64,000 nucleotides of DNA from the NCBI RefSeq assembly GCF_009914755.1, contig NC_060927.1; one strand, written 5' to 3'. Numbering within the stretch: the first letter of the stretch is position 1; every line of letters starts with the position of its first letter. This document shows, piece by piece, positions 1 to 12,444 of the stretch. Below the pieces are notes generated by a model. That model was not told the origin of the DNA, searched no databases, and saw nothing but the letters and a program-made list of their open reading frames with translations. The position numbers were made by a program, and so were the translations under genes. Origin of the DNA: the human T2T-CHM13v2.0 reference genome, Homo sapiens.

Positions 1-1305
1 GAGAAGACAGGTTACCCTTTCTTATCTTTGTTGTTGCAGGCCTCCCAGGGACTTGTGGGCTTGAACAGATATGATTCATGGGACCTGAAGGTGACTCTAG
101 CTTCTGCCCAGTTTTGAGTTTTGTCAAGTTTTAAGCAGAGATCATTTGTCAACTATTTTGATCCCAGATTTGAATTTGGGGAGGAAGGGAGGAGCTACTG
201 ACCTGATGGGAATATCATAATCCATTCAAGGAAATGGTCATTAGTACCTCAGAGGTGAAGGGAATATGTGAAGCTCTGGATCACTACAAGGAGCCCTGAC
301 TTACCAGTTGGCCCCAAAGTGCCCAGGCTGAGGGCATAGGAGCATGATGAGATGCAAGGATGTGGGATTATCAAGGGGCACGTCTACTAACTGGTGAAGG
401 CAGTCTGCGGGGGAGGACACCTAAAGGTATGCGGAAAGTACCTAACCCAGACCTCTCTGCATTAGGAGTGGAGGTGCAAAGTGAGCATCTCCAGTGCAGC
501 ATGGGATGGGAAGATAGGGAGGTGTCGCCCACTGTCTCGGTTTAGCCAGCACCACGGCTGGCTGTGTGCCTGCTACTGTCAGAGAGCAAGGGTCATCTGT
601 CCTGCCCAGCTATGCCTGCCACCCTGTTGCTGACTCAGTATTGGCAGAATTGCTGAGATGGGCCAGGTCATCACCTTTGCCTGGAGTGTTCATCCTTTCA
701 GTGCCATTATTCTGGTGCTAAGTGCTGAAGAACATTTTCAGGTCTAGCCGAGAATGTCCTCTTGCTCTTGCCTGCCAGGCCTGTCCAGATCTTTTTGGTA
801 CTTAAATTGAGCTAACTCCAGCCAGAGTGGCTTGGAATTCATAGTGCGGTGGCTCAGAGTATAGGCTCGAAAGCCCTTGAGCCAGATTGCCTGGGTTCAG
901 ATCTCACCTATACTACTTACTAGGTAGATGACCTTGAGCAAGTCACTTAACTGCTCTATGCCTCATTTAAAATTACATACAACTACATGTAAAAGGGAGA
1001 TGATACTGCTGCCTACCTACCTACATGATAGGGCTGTTACGGGGATTGAAGGTGATCATACATGTAAAGTGCTTGGCAGAGCACTGCATGAGTGTGTTGT
1101 CGTTATTAATTTGCTATTCCTTGTCCTATTCAGAAAGGATTTCAAGAGGCTGGATGCCTTAGATGTGGTCTAACTTGAAACCTTCATGTGGGTGTGCGTC
1201 TGTCTTGTTTATTGCTGTGCCAGGCACAAAATAGGTATTTCATAAATATTTGTTAATATGCTCAGAGTTGATAAGCTGGATTAAAGTGACTTCTTAAGGA
1301 TCCTC
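1..1305 (+). other. OXNAD1: Probable distal 3'UTR of OXNAD1, ending after ATTAAA at 1280-1285
   Basis: Seen: ATTAAA with a U-rich element tgtttcttctttt about 45 nt downstream. Gene identity rests only on recalled convergent OXNAD1/RFTN1 order; no OXNAD1 coding sequence is visible. Confidence 0.45.
835..1110 (+). mobile_element. MIR SINE
   Basis: Core cctgggttcagatctc...gaccttgagcaagtcacttaac...tgtaaagtgcttggcaga. Confidence 0.75.
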
Positions 1306-1404
1306 TGGCTCTATGAGTTTGAAAAAATGTTTCTTCTTTTGACATAAGACCCTTTCCCAGCCTACTCAAGGGACTAGGTTAGTCTGATATTTGTATCTTT
1401 CTCA

Positions 1405-2480
1405 GATTTTATTTATATTTTTTCAAACATATGACAAAGTAGAGATAGTAAAATGACTTCTCGTGCATCCATCACCCGGCTTCCATGACTAGCAGCATTC
1501 TGTTTTTGTCAGCCCTCAGCTTCTTTGTGGGGGTGTTCTTCTTGCTGGTGTGTTTTCAAGCAAAGCCTAGCAATTGTATCGTGTCACTTCTAAATTCTTC
1601 AGTATATATTTCTAACAGATACATCACCTCAGCACAACCACAATGTCATCATCATACCTAACACAAGTGACAATGATTCCTTAATATCCTCTAAGACCCT
1701 TCTGTGTTGTTTCCTCATGGCCTCAAAAGTCCGAATATTGCATTAGGTTAATGTCTTTTATTTTAATTAATTAATGGCACACTCCTTACACCCCCTACAC
1801 ATATACATGGACACTTTTTTTCCCCCATGATTCATTTGTTAAAGAAACTGACTTATTTGTTCTGTAGGCTTTCCCACATTTTGAACCTGGCCTATTGTAT
1901 CCTCAGGGTGTTGCTTGATCCTCTCTCCTCTGTATTTCATGTAAACTGGTAATTAGATTTAGAACTTGTTTATATTCGGATTCAAGATTTTTTTTTTGCA
2001 AGCCTGTATTATAAAGTGGTGTGCTTCCTGTGGCATCACATGAGGCATATAATGTCTGTCCCACTTTTAATGCTGTTAAGATGGATCAGTGGTTTCAGCA
2101 TTTGTCAGCCTGATTCATCCAATATAATGGTCTTCATCAAACTTTCACCTAATTGTTTTAGCAGCCATTGATCATTGCTGATAGCTATTTTTTCATTAAG
2201 GATTAATTATCCATTTCTGTTATTCTTCCTGTATATATTGTCTGTGATTGTTCCATATAGAACTTTCCCTCATCAGCTTTGATTCCCCTGAAATGAGTCT
2301 GTAAAGAAATGGCAGTATTGATGCTTGATTTCTTTCATTTATCAGTTAGCATACTATGAGTTGGTGCCTTAGCAACCTTTAGACGACCAGTGAGATTATT
2401 TAAAGTATCATTATGAACTCATGGCTTTTTATACATTTGATTGTTTTCATCCATTACAGTCAATTTTTTGATGTTCAGCT
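1405..2480 (-). mobile_element. Old L1M (L1MC/ME-like) 3' fragment
   Basis: Degenerate T-rich sequence resembling an antisense L1 3' end. Confidence 0.5.
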
Positions 2481-4660
2481 TGTTTTAGGTCGCCCCTGCT
2501 GTGTCAGTGGTTCACACTCAATCATGATGGTTGATGAGGTTCGGGGCTCTTAACGTGCAAAAAGTTCTCTAATAAACAGGTAGGAGGAAAAGGAGATGAG
2601 TGTGGTGTTAAGAAGCCTCATGAAGAAAGTGTTTCATAGAGGATGGATTGGCTAGCTGTGTCATGCTGCTAATAGGACAGGAAAGATGAGGTCTGATGAG
2701 TGATCATTGAGTGGCTATTGATTTGGCAACTGGTCCAGTCATTGGTGATCTTGATAAGACGGATGGTGGGAGTGAAAACAGTGAAATAGGTTTAGGAGTA
2801 ATTGAGAGGAAATCAATTATAATGAATATAGATAATAGTTTTAAAGAAATTTACTATAAAGAGAAGAAAAAAGATGGAATGGTAGCTGGAAAGGGAAGTG
2901 GGGTCAAGAGAACATTTATTGTTCTCATTGGGTTGTTTTATTTTTTAAACTTTTTGTTTTGAAGTAATTTTAGATTTACAGAAGAGTTGCAAAGACAAGA
3001 CAGGGTTCCTCTATATCCTTCATCCAGCTTTCCCAAATGTTTAACGTAGTTGTGGTATATTTATCAAAACTAGGGAATGAACAGTACAGCTAAATTGGTA
3101 CAGTACTATTAAAGCACAGTTTGTTCTGTTTTTTTAAGAGGAGTGAAATAACAGCCTGATTGTATGAAAAACCATGGAAGAGTAATTCAGTGGGACTCAG
3201 TTAGGGAAGTGACACCTTCTTCTAGAGGATGATGTCATTTATTGAGCATCTGCTATGTGCGGTCACTGAGCTAGACATTGAAGATAGGAACGTATAAGAC
3301 AAAGGTTATCTTAGGAGCAAGTTAAATACTTTGGGAAACTATTTTTTTGTAAGTCTAAGTGATAAAGGTATCTTCTGGAAATAACTGAGTAACACATTGA
3401 GAACATTTCGACAAAATTGAAAGTGGAAATGCTCTGGGGCAACATATTTTTTTGCACCTATCACTGTTTGAAAGAGAAGCTATAGCAAATGGATGACTGG
3501 GTGAGTCACTGGAATGATGGATCTTAGGGGCCCAGGGGTAGCAGAGTGGGAAAGGCTGCACCCATGCTCTGGAGGGTAGGAGGATTGTTATATGGGACTC
3601 ACAGCACAAACACGTGTGGATGCAGTGATTGTCAAATGATCCAAGGGCATGTCTTGTTGCTCCTATTTTTTTTTTCCTGTCTGAATGGAAAACAGCAATT
3701 TCCTCCATTCCTGGTTATTGCAGATGATCTGATAATTTAACCTGAGAGCCGTTATTTCATCTTATTTTATTTTAAAACTCAAAAGAAGTATACTGTTCTC
3801 ATCTTAAACAGTGAGATGTCTGGTCTTTAATATTACTCTTTCTTAACATACAATAAGCTAGCAGTGTGGTGATGACATGTAGATACCTCCTAATGTGCCA
3901 TAAAATCAAGGCATGCATTTTAAAATGTTTCGTGCCCAGAAATCCAAACTTTTATAGTTGTTGAGCAGCCATCTTCATATGGTCTGTTCTGAATTCTTAA
4001 AACCTGCAGGAGCTCATCAGCCTAACCTGGCCCCTTCCAGCTCATCCCCATGTCCTATTTTGCTATATTTGAGCATAACAAGATTTTATCTCTTCCTTTT
4101 TAAAAATTAATTACCTAATAAATATGACCAAAAATTGTTAAATAATTTTTTAATTACCTAATAAATGTGACCACAAATATTAAATAAAATTATATAGATT
4201 AAAATGCTGACGTTCTCTTCTCCCCCATCCTATTCCCTTGCCTAGAAGGAACTTCTGTATAAAAAACTTGCTGGGTATCCTTTTAGAAATTTTATGGTAT
4301 ATTAATCTTGTATACATATACAACTGTGGGTACCTATACAACTATGTCTCTCTTTCTTTTAATACACTTCAAATTCTTGCTATATACCATAATATACTTA
4401 ACCATATCTCCATGATGGACATTTAAATTGTTTGGAGTTTTTGGCTATTACAAGCAATATTGCAGTAAACCTGTTTGTATAATTTTTCTGCACATACTCC
4501 TGTAGAATTACTAGAAGTGCCATTTCTGAATAAAAAATTGACTAGTATTACCAAGTTACCCTATAAAATGCCTAATCAGTTTATATTCTAACAGGGTATG
4601 AAAGTGCCCATTTCTAGCCAACATTAGATACCCTCAGTCTCATACTTAAGTATTTTTTTT

Positions 4661-4836
4661 CCCCTAATCAGTTAGATGAAAGGTGATTTTTTTAACTAAC
4701 AATTTTCTGATTGAATTTTCTGATTGTTCCGTAGGCCTGTCTGTCTTTCCCCCTAATCAGTTAGATGAAAGGTGATTTTTTTAACTAACAATTTTCTGAT
4801 TGAATTTTCTGATTGTTCCGTAGGCCTGTCTGTCTT
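4661..4836. repeat. Tandem duplication, period 89 bp, two identical 87-bp copies
   Basis: 4661-4747 is identical to 4750-4836. Confidence 0.95.
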
Positions 4837-5835
4837 AGAGACTATAGAAGCCCAGAGAGAAGAAACAAAAAATGAGGCAGATTGGTTGGCTGTGTGGGAT
4901 GGTGGGAGGAACATGACACCAGGCTTCAAGAGACCTAAATCATGCCCATTCTACAACTTGTTTCCTGTGTGACTCATTCCACCTCTCTCTGAAACCTGCT
5001 TTCCTTATCTGTCGCTGTGGGTAGGACTATGCAATTTAAAATTGCTTTCAGCTTTACCTTTCTATAATTTCATGATAGAAAAATGGGCCTTAGAGATCAA
5101 GGTTGACTGTACTGAGAGATGTCTAAGGAGTATCTTAACTCTCTTCAAATATTTGATTGATTCTTGGGATGACTATTGTTTGTATCTCTGGGGTTGACAG
5201 AATAAGAAGACATTGTCTTGGACTGAAGCAAGGGAAAAGTTTGGTTTGATACAGGGGACTTTTGGACTATACTGCTGATTAAATTCTGGAGTCAGGGCTC
5301 AAGAGAAATAGTGGAATTACCGTTAGTAAGAAATAAAACTGACATTTGCCCATTGGGGCTTAAGGTGTACTTGACTGAGACAGGGACTGGATTGATAGTT
5401 CCCCAGGTTCATAAAAAGGAAGTGTTTTAGACAGTTATTAACTTACGCATTTTGTGGACCTAGAAACTGGTAAGTTTGCTAGTTGTTCTTTCTTCTAAGT
5501 TGATTCTCTTGTTTTTTTTTCATTGAACAATCAACAAGATAGGAGGTACCCAGGACTGAAGGTTCATGAAATCAGAGGTCCATTATAGGAAGCATTTTAA
5601 TGCTCACCCTAATAAGTGAAATATATTTCTTACTATCTTTAAGCCTTTATATTATTTAGAGGCCACAGAAAAATCCAAATCCAAACTGAACTTAATGACT
5701 AGTGAGCAACACATTTAAATACACAAGTTTTACCACATTAAAGGATGAAAAGCCAGTCAGCAACATGGGATCATGTTTTAAAACTGTCTCTGGATGAATG
5801 AATATCTCTACTCTTTCTTCAAGACCCAGTCCCTA

Positions 5836-6636
<801 letters not shown>

Positions 6637-6839
6637 GGCCTCTTTGGGTGTTAAGAAAGGTATAAAGACTTCACTTTTAGTGACTTTGTCTAATGTTGAA
6701 TGTGTCAAACTCTGAAAACTAATCCATGCAAGAGGTTCTGGAAAAGTTCCAGGCAATATCACTGGAGTATTTATTACTCTGAGGAAATGCCTTTGATAAG
6801 GACAGGGTTGGTAGCTTCAATACCTCCCTCATTCCCCAA

Positions 6840-7160
6840 TCATTTGCAAAATCCAGTCACTTTTGCTTCTGAATAACTCTCAAATCTATCCCCTTCTTTG
6901 CTAAGATTCAAGCCAGCAGCCCCCACCTAGACTAAAGCACTAGCCTCTGCAGCATCTCTGGGATCCCTGCATTTTCCTCATTCAGCAGCCAGAAAGACGT
7001 TTTAAAAAAATGCAAATCTGATGTCATCAGTGGCCTCCTATTAAGCCTTACAACAAGGACCAGAATCCTTACCATGGTTCACGAGGCCCTTCTGCATTGC
7101 TGTCTTCTCAGCACCTAGCACAGTTGTGTAGGAATTTTAAAATGTGTATCTGTTTAACAA
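6840..7160. mobile_element. L2 fragment
   Basis: L2-like cagcagccagaaag...tgcaaatctgatgtca and cacctagcacagt motifs. Confidence 0.55.
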
Positions 7161-8200
7161 ATCATTTGATCCCCTCATCCCCACATAAATGCACAGGTCT
7201 CTCCCGTAGCCTGGCTTCCTCTGCTGGAGGGACATGCCGCTGTTGTGCAAGGGCTGGGGAAGCAAGCACCAGCCAGGTTCAGAGAGCCATTCATCTGCAG
7301 CCAGGGTTCATTTTCTTAGTCTAGCCACTGAAACGATTGTTATCAACAGGAACCTGTGGTGAACATCACTTTGCTTCCTTCTCTGGCAACAGCTGCCTCA
7401 GAAACCTAGCCAAAGGCTCATTGGGTCTTGTCCTTAGATCTCATGTCCACACACTTCCCTGTTCAAAACTCTAGGAGCCAGGTACAGGAAACCCAGCCTC
7501 TCCTGGGAAGCTGCATCAGTGGTTTTGGCGGGTCATAGTGCAGGCAGAGCACTAATCACCAGGGGCCCACCCTGCACTACTCACGCAGTTGGCCTCCAGC
7601 ACTTCCAGCAGGGCTCTTGGAAACAAGATCTGTGGCAACAACTGGGAGTCAGTGCCGAGCTTCTCCTGGCCACACACACCAGTCATCCTCACCCTTCCCG
7701 TCTTGCCAGTCCTTTCAGGACTTGATCTTCAATCTTAGGCTGCTGTGAGCCCTAGCAGGACAGAGCCCAGACTGTGTGCTCCCTGCAGCACAGTGCCCCT
7801 ATGCCAGCTAGGAGCTCAGCTAGAGTGGGTTGCACGAGTCGTGAGTTTGGGGTCAACCTATTCCTACTAATAAGCACTGTCTACACCTGAGAGCTATTCC
7901 TGAACGATTTTGTGGTTTAGAGAGGGCCATGATGAATATGTTTAGAGTACTGATAAAATGTGCTTCATAAGAAATAAATTAGAATACCTCCTGCTAATGT
8001 TTTTGGAAGCTGCTCCCATCAAGCATCAGCAACTCTAGTGAAGCATGGTCAACCTGGAGATCTGAAAAAATCTGACAGGCATTTGACTAATGTTTACCTT
8101 TTTGTTACTTATAAACCATTGATAAATAATTTAAGACTTTATAAATATTATTACAGTATTTCTGTTAAGATGGGATATACTACGCTTCAGTAGCCAATAA

Positions 8201-8689
<489 letters not shown>

Positions 8690-9295
8690 TAGAGGATATA
8701 CTTCCATGGATATTGGGTGGGCACTAACAGTATCTGCCACATTGATTACCTATCAGCATGTGATTAACTGCTACCCACAGAGTACTTACCATGGACCAAG
8801 CACTTTATTCACATCTTATTAATCCTCACAAAAATCCAAAGAGGTGGGTGCCATTTCACCCCATTTCACACTTGAGGCGATTGATGCTCAGAGCTGTGAA
8901 GAAACTGAGGAGGTTACACATGTAGACTGGGTCTAGTTAGCATCCTCACCAGCTCTGTCTGATTCCAAAGCCCAGCTGGGCTTTTCCACTACACCAAGCC
9001 CAAAACAGTGTTACTACTTCATTAACATAGATTTCCTCAGGCTTTCCATGTGTCAGTATTTTGACCTTGTGGCTATATGCACTTCAGAGCAATGCACCTG
9101 CCTTTCTTTAAGCAGATTAGATAAGAATTCTTCTTCCTCCCATCATTGCCCTGCCAGTGGTGCTAAACTTCACCCACTACCCTCTCCTGAGCCTCTGCAG
9201 GTGAAGTAGTTGAAAACAGCTTCCCAGTGAAAGAATCTGGATTCAGCCACAACATCGTAGGAATGCCACATTTCAATCACCTGATAACCACCTGA

Positions 9296-9336
9296 TCACA
9301 GTGGGTTTGCAGGACTCCCCTGCAAACCCACTGTGA
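9296..9336. repeat. Perfect inverted repeat, 18-bp arms, 5-nt spacer
   Basis: tcacagtgggtttgcagg-actcc-cctgcaaacccactgtga. Confidence 0.95.
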
Positions 9337-9617
9337 CAGCTGCAGCCTCACAGACTTAACTGCCAAGTGCACAAGCTTCCTCATGCCAAACCCTGTATGT
9401 CTTTGTGGCTTTTACTGTCCGTGGGACCTGGTCAGTGCAAATGATGGCTTTTTACCCTATTGGCAATCACAGGGAACTTAACATTTCCTTCAGAAATGCC
9501 TCCACTTGAAATGTACATGCAGGATGTTGAGAATGGATTTTAGGGCCTTTATTATTTACCACTTGTAGAAAGCATTTTATTTCACAAGCTGTGTTTCAAC
9601 TGACAGAGACCCTGTGG

Positions 9618-9796
9618 CCAGTGGTATTCAACTTTGGCTGCACCTAGAGTCCTCTGGGAGCTTTTAAAAATCCTGATGCCCACGCCACTCCCCAGATCAT
9701 TCATTCACAAGCTCTGCAGGCGAGCCCCGGCATCAGGATTTTGTATAGCTTCCTCAGTGATTTCAAGCTGCTGCTAACTTAACACCCTCCACTGTA
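9618..9796. mobile_element. MER5-type hAT-Charlie MITE
   Basis: cagtggtattcaactttggctgcac...gagcttttaaaaatcctgatgccc...ccactg. Confidence 0.7.
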
Positions 9797-10229
9797 GACT
9801 GATTTTTGCCAGAATCAGCAGGGTGTAGAGAAGCAAGGGAGAAAAAACAAGACCTTTAGGAACTGTTAGCCTGACACTAGGGCCAAACTCTCTTGAGGAA
9901 TTCAAATTATTGTCACCTTTTTTTCCCCATAGCAAATACAGCCAACATAAATGTCAATTAATTAATTGAAAAATGTACCCAAAGCTGAGCAATGTAAGGC
10001 CCTCTAGCCTGGAACCGTTTGCTTTTCAAAGTTGAGTGTGGTGTTTTTGTCCTGGCCTGTTGCTGACTAGCATATATTTTTAAAATCATGATCCTTTAAG
10101 ATATGTGCCAAGAGATAATGTTTTTATTAAATCAAAATGCTGTATAGACATTGACTTAGTTGTGGAAAATGTCATTAAAAAATAGTTGTCTTCTCTTTGA
10201 ACAGGGCCTTCAACCTCTTTAAGCTCTGA

Positions 10230-10643
<414 letters not shown>

Positions 10644-11059
10644 TAATAAACTTGCAAAGGGAAAAGACTTGCCTCACTAATTTAAAAAGTTATTCAGAAA
10701 TAACTTGCCTCACTAATTTACTTAAAAGCTTGGAAACAATGTTTGTTAGACACTGATGTAAGGTTTTTTGCTTATTTTAAAAAGGTATTTGTCTCCACCA
10801 TCCCAGAAATGGGAGGTGGCTGTACCCCTTACTTACCTGGTGGCATCTGAGTTCCACTTGCCATCTCTTTCTACAAATGACGAGAAAGCACAGCAAGCCT
10901 AGCTGGCTCTGCAGCTTTCCATGGGAACTTTGTCTTCCTCCACCACGTCATCATGCTGCCAGGAGTTAGAAACTTATAGTGAATGGGGGGTGTGGGCTGG
11001 AATCCTTTGGACATGAGGCCAGGACTGTTCCTAGTGACACGATAAACACTCAATCCTCA

Positions 11060-12039
11060 CGGTGCACTAACTCATAGATGATTTATTGCCGTAAGTAACT
11101 AAACAAGAGAAGAGACAGGCTGTGGGTTTGGTCAAGACAATCAGCATTCCCTCTCCAAGGTTCGCCAGTTGCATCTACCTAAAGCCTTAATACTTTCTGG
11201 ACGATATACACATGATAAACACAGCATACATGGGTAACAACTTGACCAATGTTACACTGATTAAAATAGCACATAACAAGGGCGCCAGCCAGTCCCGATG
11301 CCCTGAAGTGACAGAAGTAATGTGGTTTGTATGATGTGCTGAGTACAAAACCTTTAAAAACAACTTTTTGGCATTAATACTAACACAGAATACTTCCTTG
11401 AACATTCTGCAAAAGTAGGTGCAGAGACAGAATTACTTCTTCATTTCCAGATTACCAGTATCTATAGGACTATTTTGAGAAAAGCTGGGAGGCGGAGCAC
11501 CTCCCCTCCCCAATGTCATTTTCTTTGTCAAAGCAGAAGAGTCGAAGGGGTTTAGGTGGAGGAGGGCAGCTGACAGGGCTCCTGGAGTTGTTAAGTCACC
11601 AAGTAGCTGCAGGGGATGGACACTGCCCCACACGATGTGGGATGAACAGCAGCCTTGGTTTGTAGCCCAGGGTGTCCATGGATTTGACCCGAATGCTCCC
11701 TGGAGGCCCTGTGGCGAGGACAGGCACTGGATGGTCCAGACCCTCTGGCTGGAGGAGTGGTGGAGCCAGGACTGGGCCTTCAGCCATGAGGGCTAGAATA
11801 ACCTGACCTCTTGCATTCTAACACTGGGTCATTAATGACACCTTTCCAGTGGATGTGCAAAAACCAACACTGTCAGGAACCTGGCCCTGGGAGGGCTCAG
11901 GTGAGCTCACAAGGAGAGGTCAAGCCAAGCCAAAGGGTAGGTAACACACAACACCAGGGAAACCAGCCCCCAAACCAGCTGTTGGTAAGATGCCTTGGGT
12001 TTGGCAACTCACCTAGTTTTAGCACAAATTGCCCAAGAC
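11060..12039 (-). other. RFTN1: RFTN1 3'UTR (~1 kb; 3' end approximate)
   Basis: Repeat-free sequence between the stop codon and the AATAAA plus GU-rich downstream element. Confidence 0.8.
11082..11087 (-). terminator. RFTN1: RFTN1 polyadenylation signal AATAAA
   Basis: TTTATT on the plus strand, followed on the minus strand by GU-rich gtgaggattgagtgttt (about 11044-11060). Confidence 0.8.
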
Positions 12040-12444
12040 TCAGTTTTCTTCAACCGTACCAAGCTCTCTGACTTCCTCAGCATCCCCGTCCCTGGCATCC
12101 TCTCCAGGATTGGAGTGCCCAGTGCAAATCCCCACCAGGGCCCTGCTGTGGCTGGCAGGACCATTCTGCACAGCCTCACCCTCCACACCCACCCCACACA
12201 GCAGGCCACCAGGGGACAGCTGTTCTCCCTTGTCCTCTTGGACAGGGCCCTTCATCTCCTCGGAGACTCCACCCTCCTGCTGCTGTCCTGAAACACAGTT
12301 TCCCATGTCTCCAGCTTTGGAAGACTGGTCTTCTAAGTTCTTCTCATTTTCTTCTGCTTGTTGTTTGTCTCTGGCACTGAGTTTACCTTTTGATTTCCTC
12401 ATCTGCCTGTTGTGCATTTCTTCTCTGGAGAATCGCCACTGAAA
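12040..12444 (-). CDS. RFTN1: Raftlin terminal coding exon, 134 aa + TGA: FQWRFSREEMHNRQ...ELGTVEEN*
   Basis: Acceptor cctttctgatttctAG. 405 nt = 135 codons, containing ORF 12040..12417. Matches the raftlin C-terminus. Confidence 0.96.
   Translation of the reverse strand, partial: FQWRFSREEMHNRQMRKSKGKLSARDKQQAEENEKNLEDQSSKAGDMGNCVSGQQQEGGVSEEMKGPVQEDKGEQLSPGGLLCGVGVEGEAVQNGPASHSRALVGICTGHSNPGEDARDGDAEEVRELGTVEEN

Noticed and set aside
9292-9339. Hairpin as a pre-miRNA or intrinsic terminator
   Set aside because: Stem too short and loop too small for a Drosha substrate; no U-tract and eukaryotic context. Kept only as a structural finding.
12029-12442. 137-aa plus-strand ORF antisense to the last RFTN1 exon
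   Set aside because: TTG start and Ser/Pro-rich composition; a shadow of the real coding strand.
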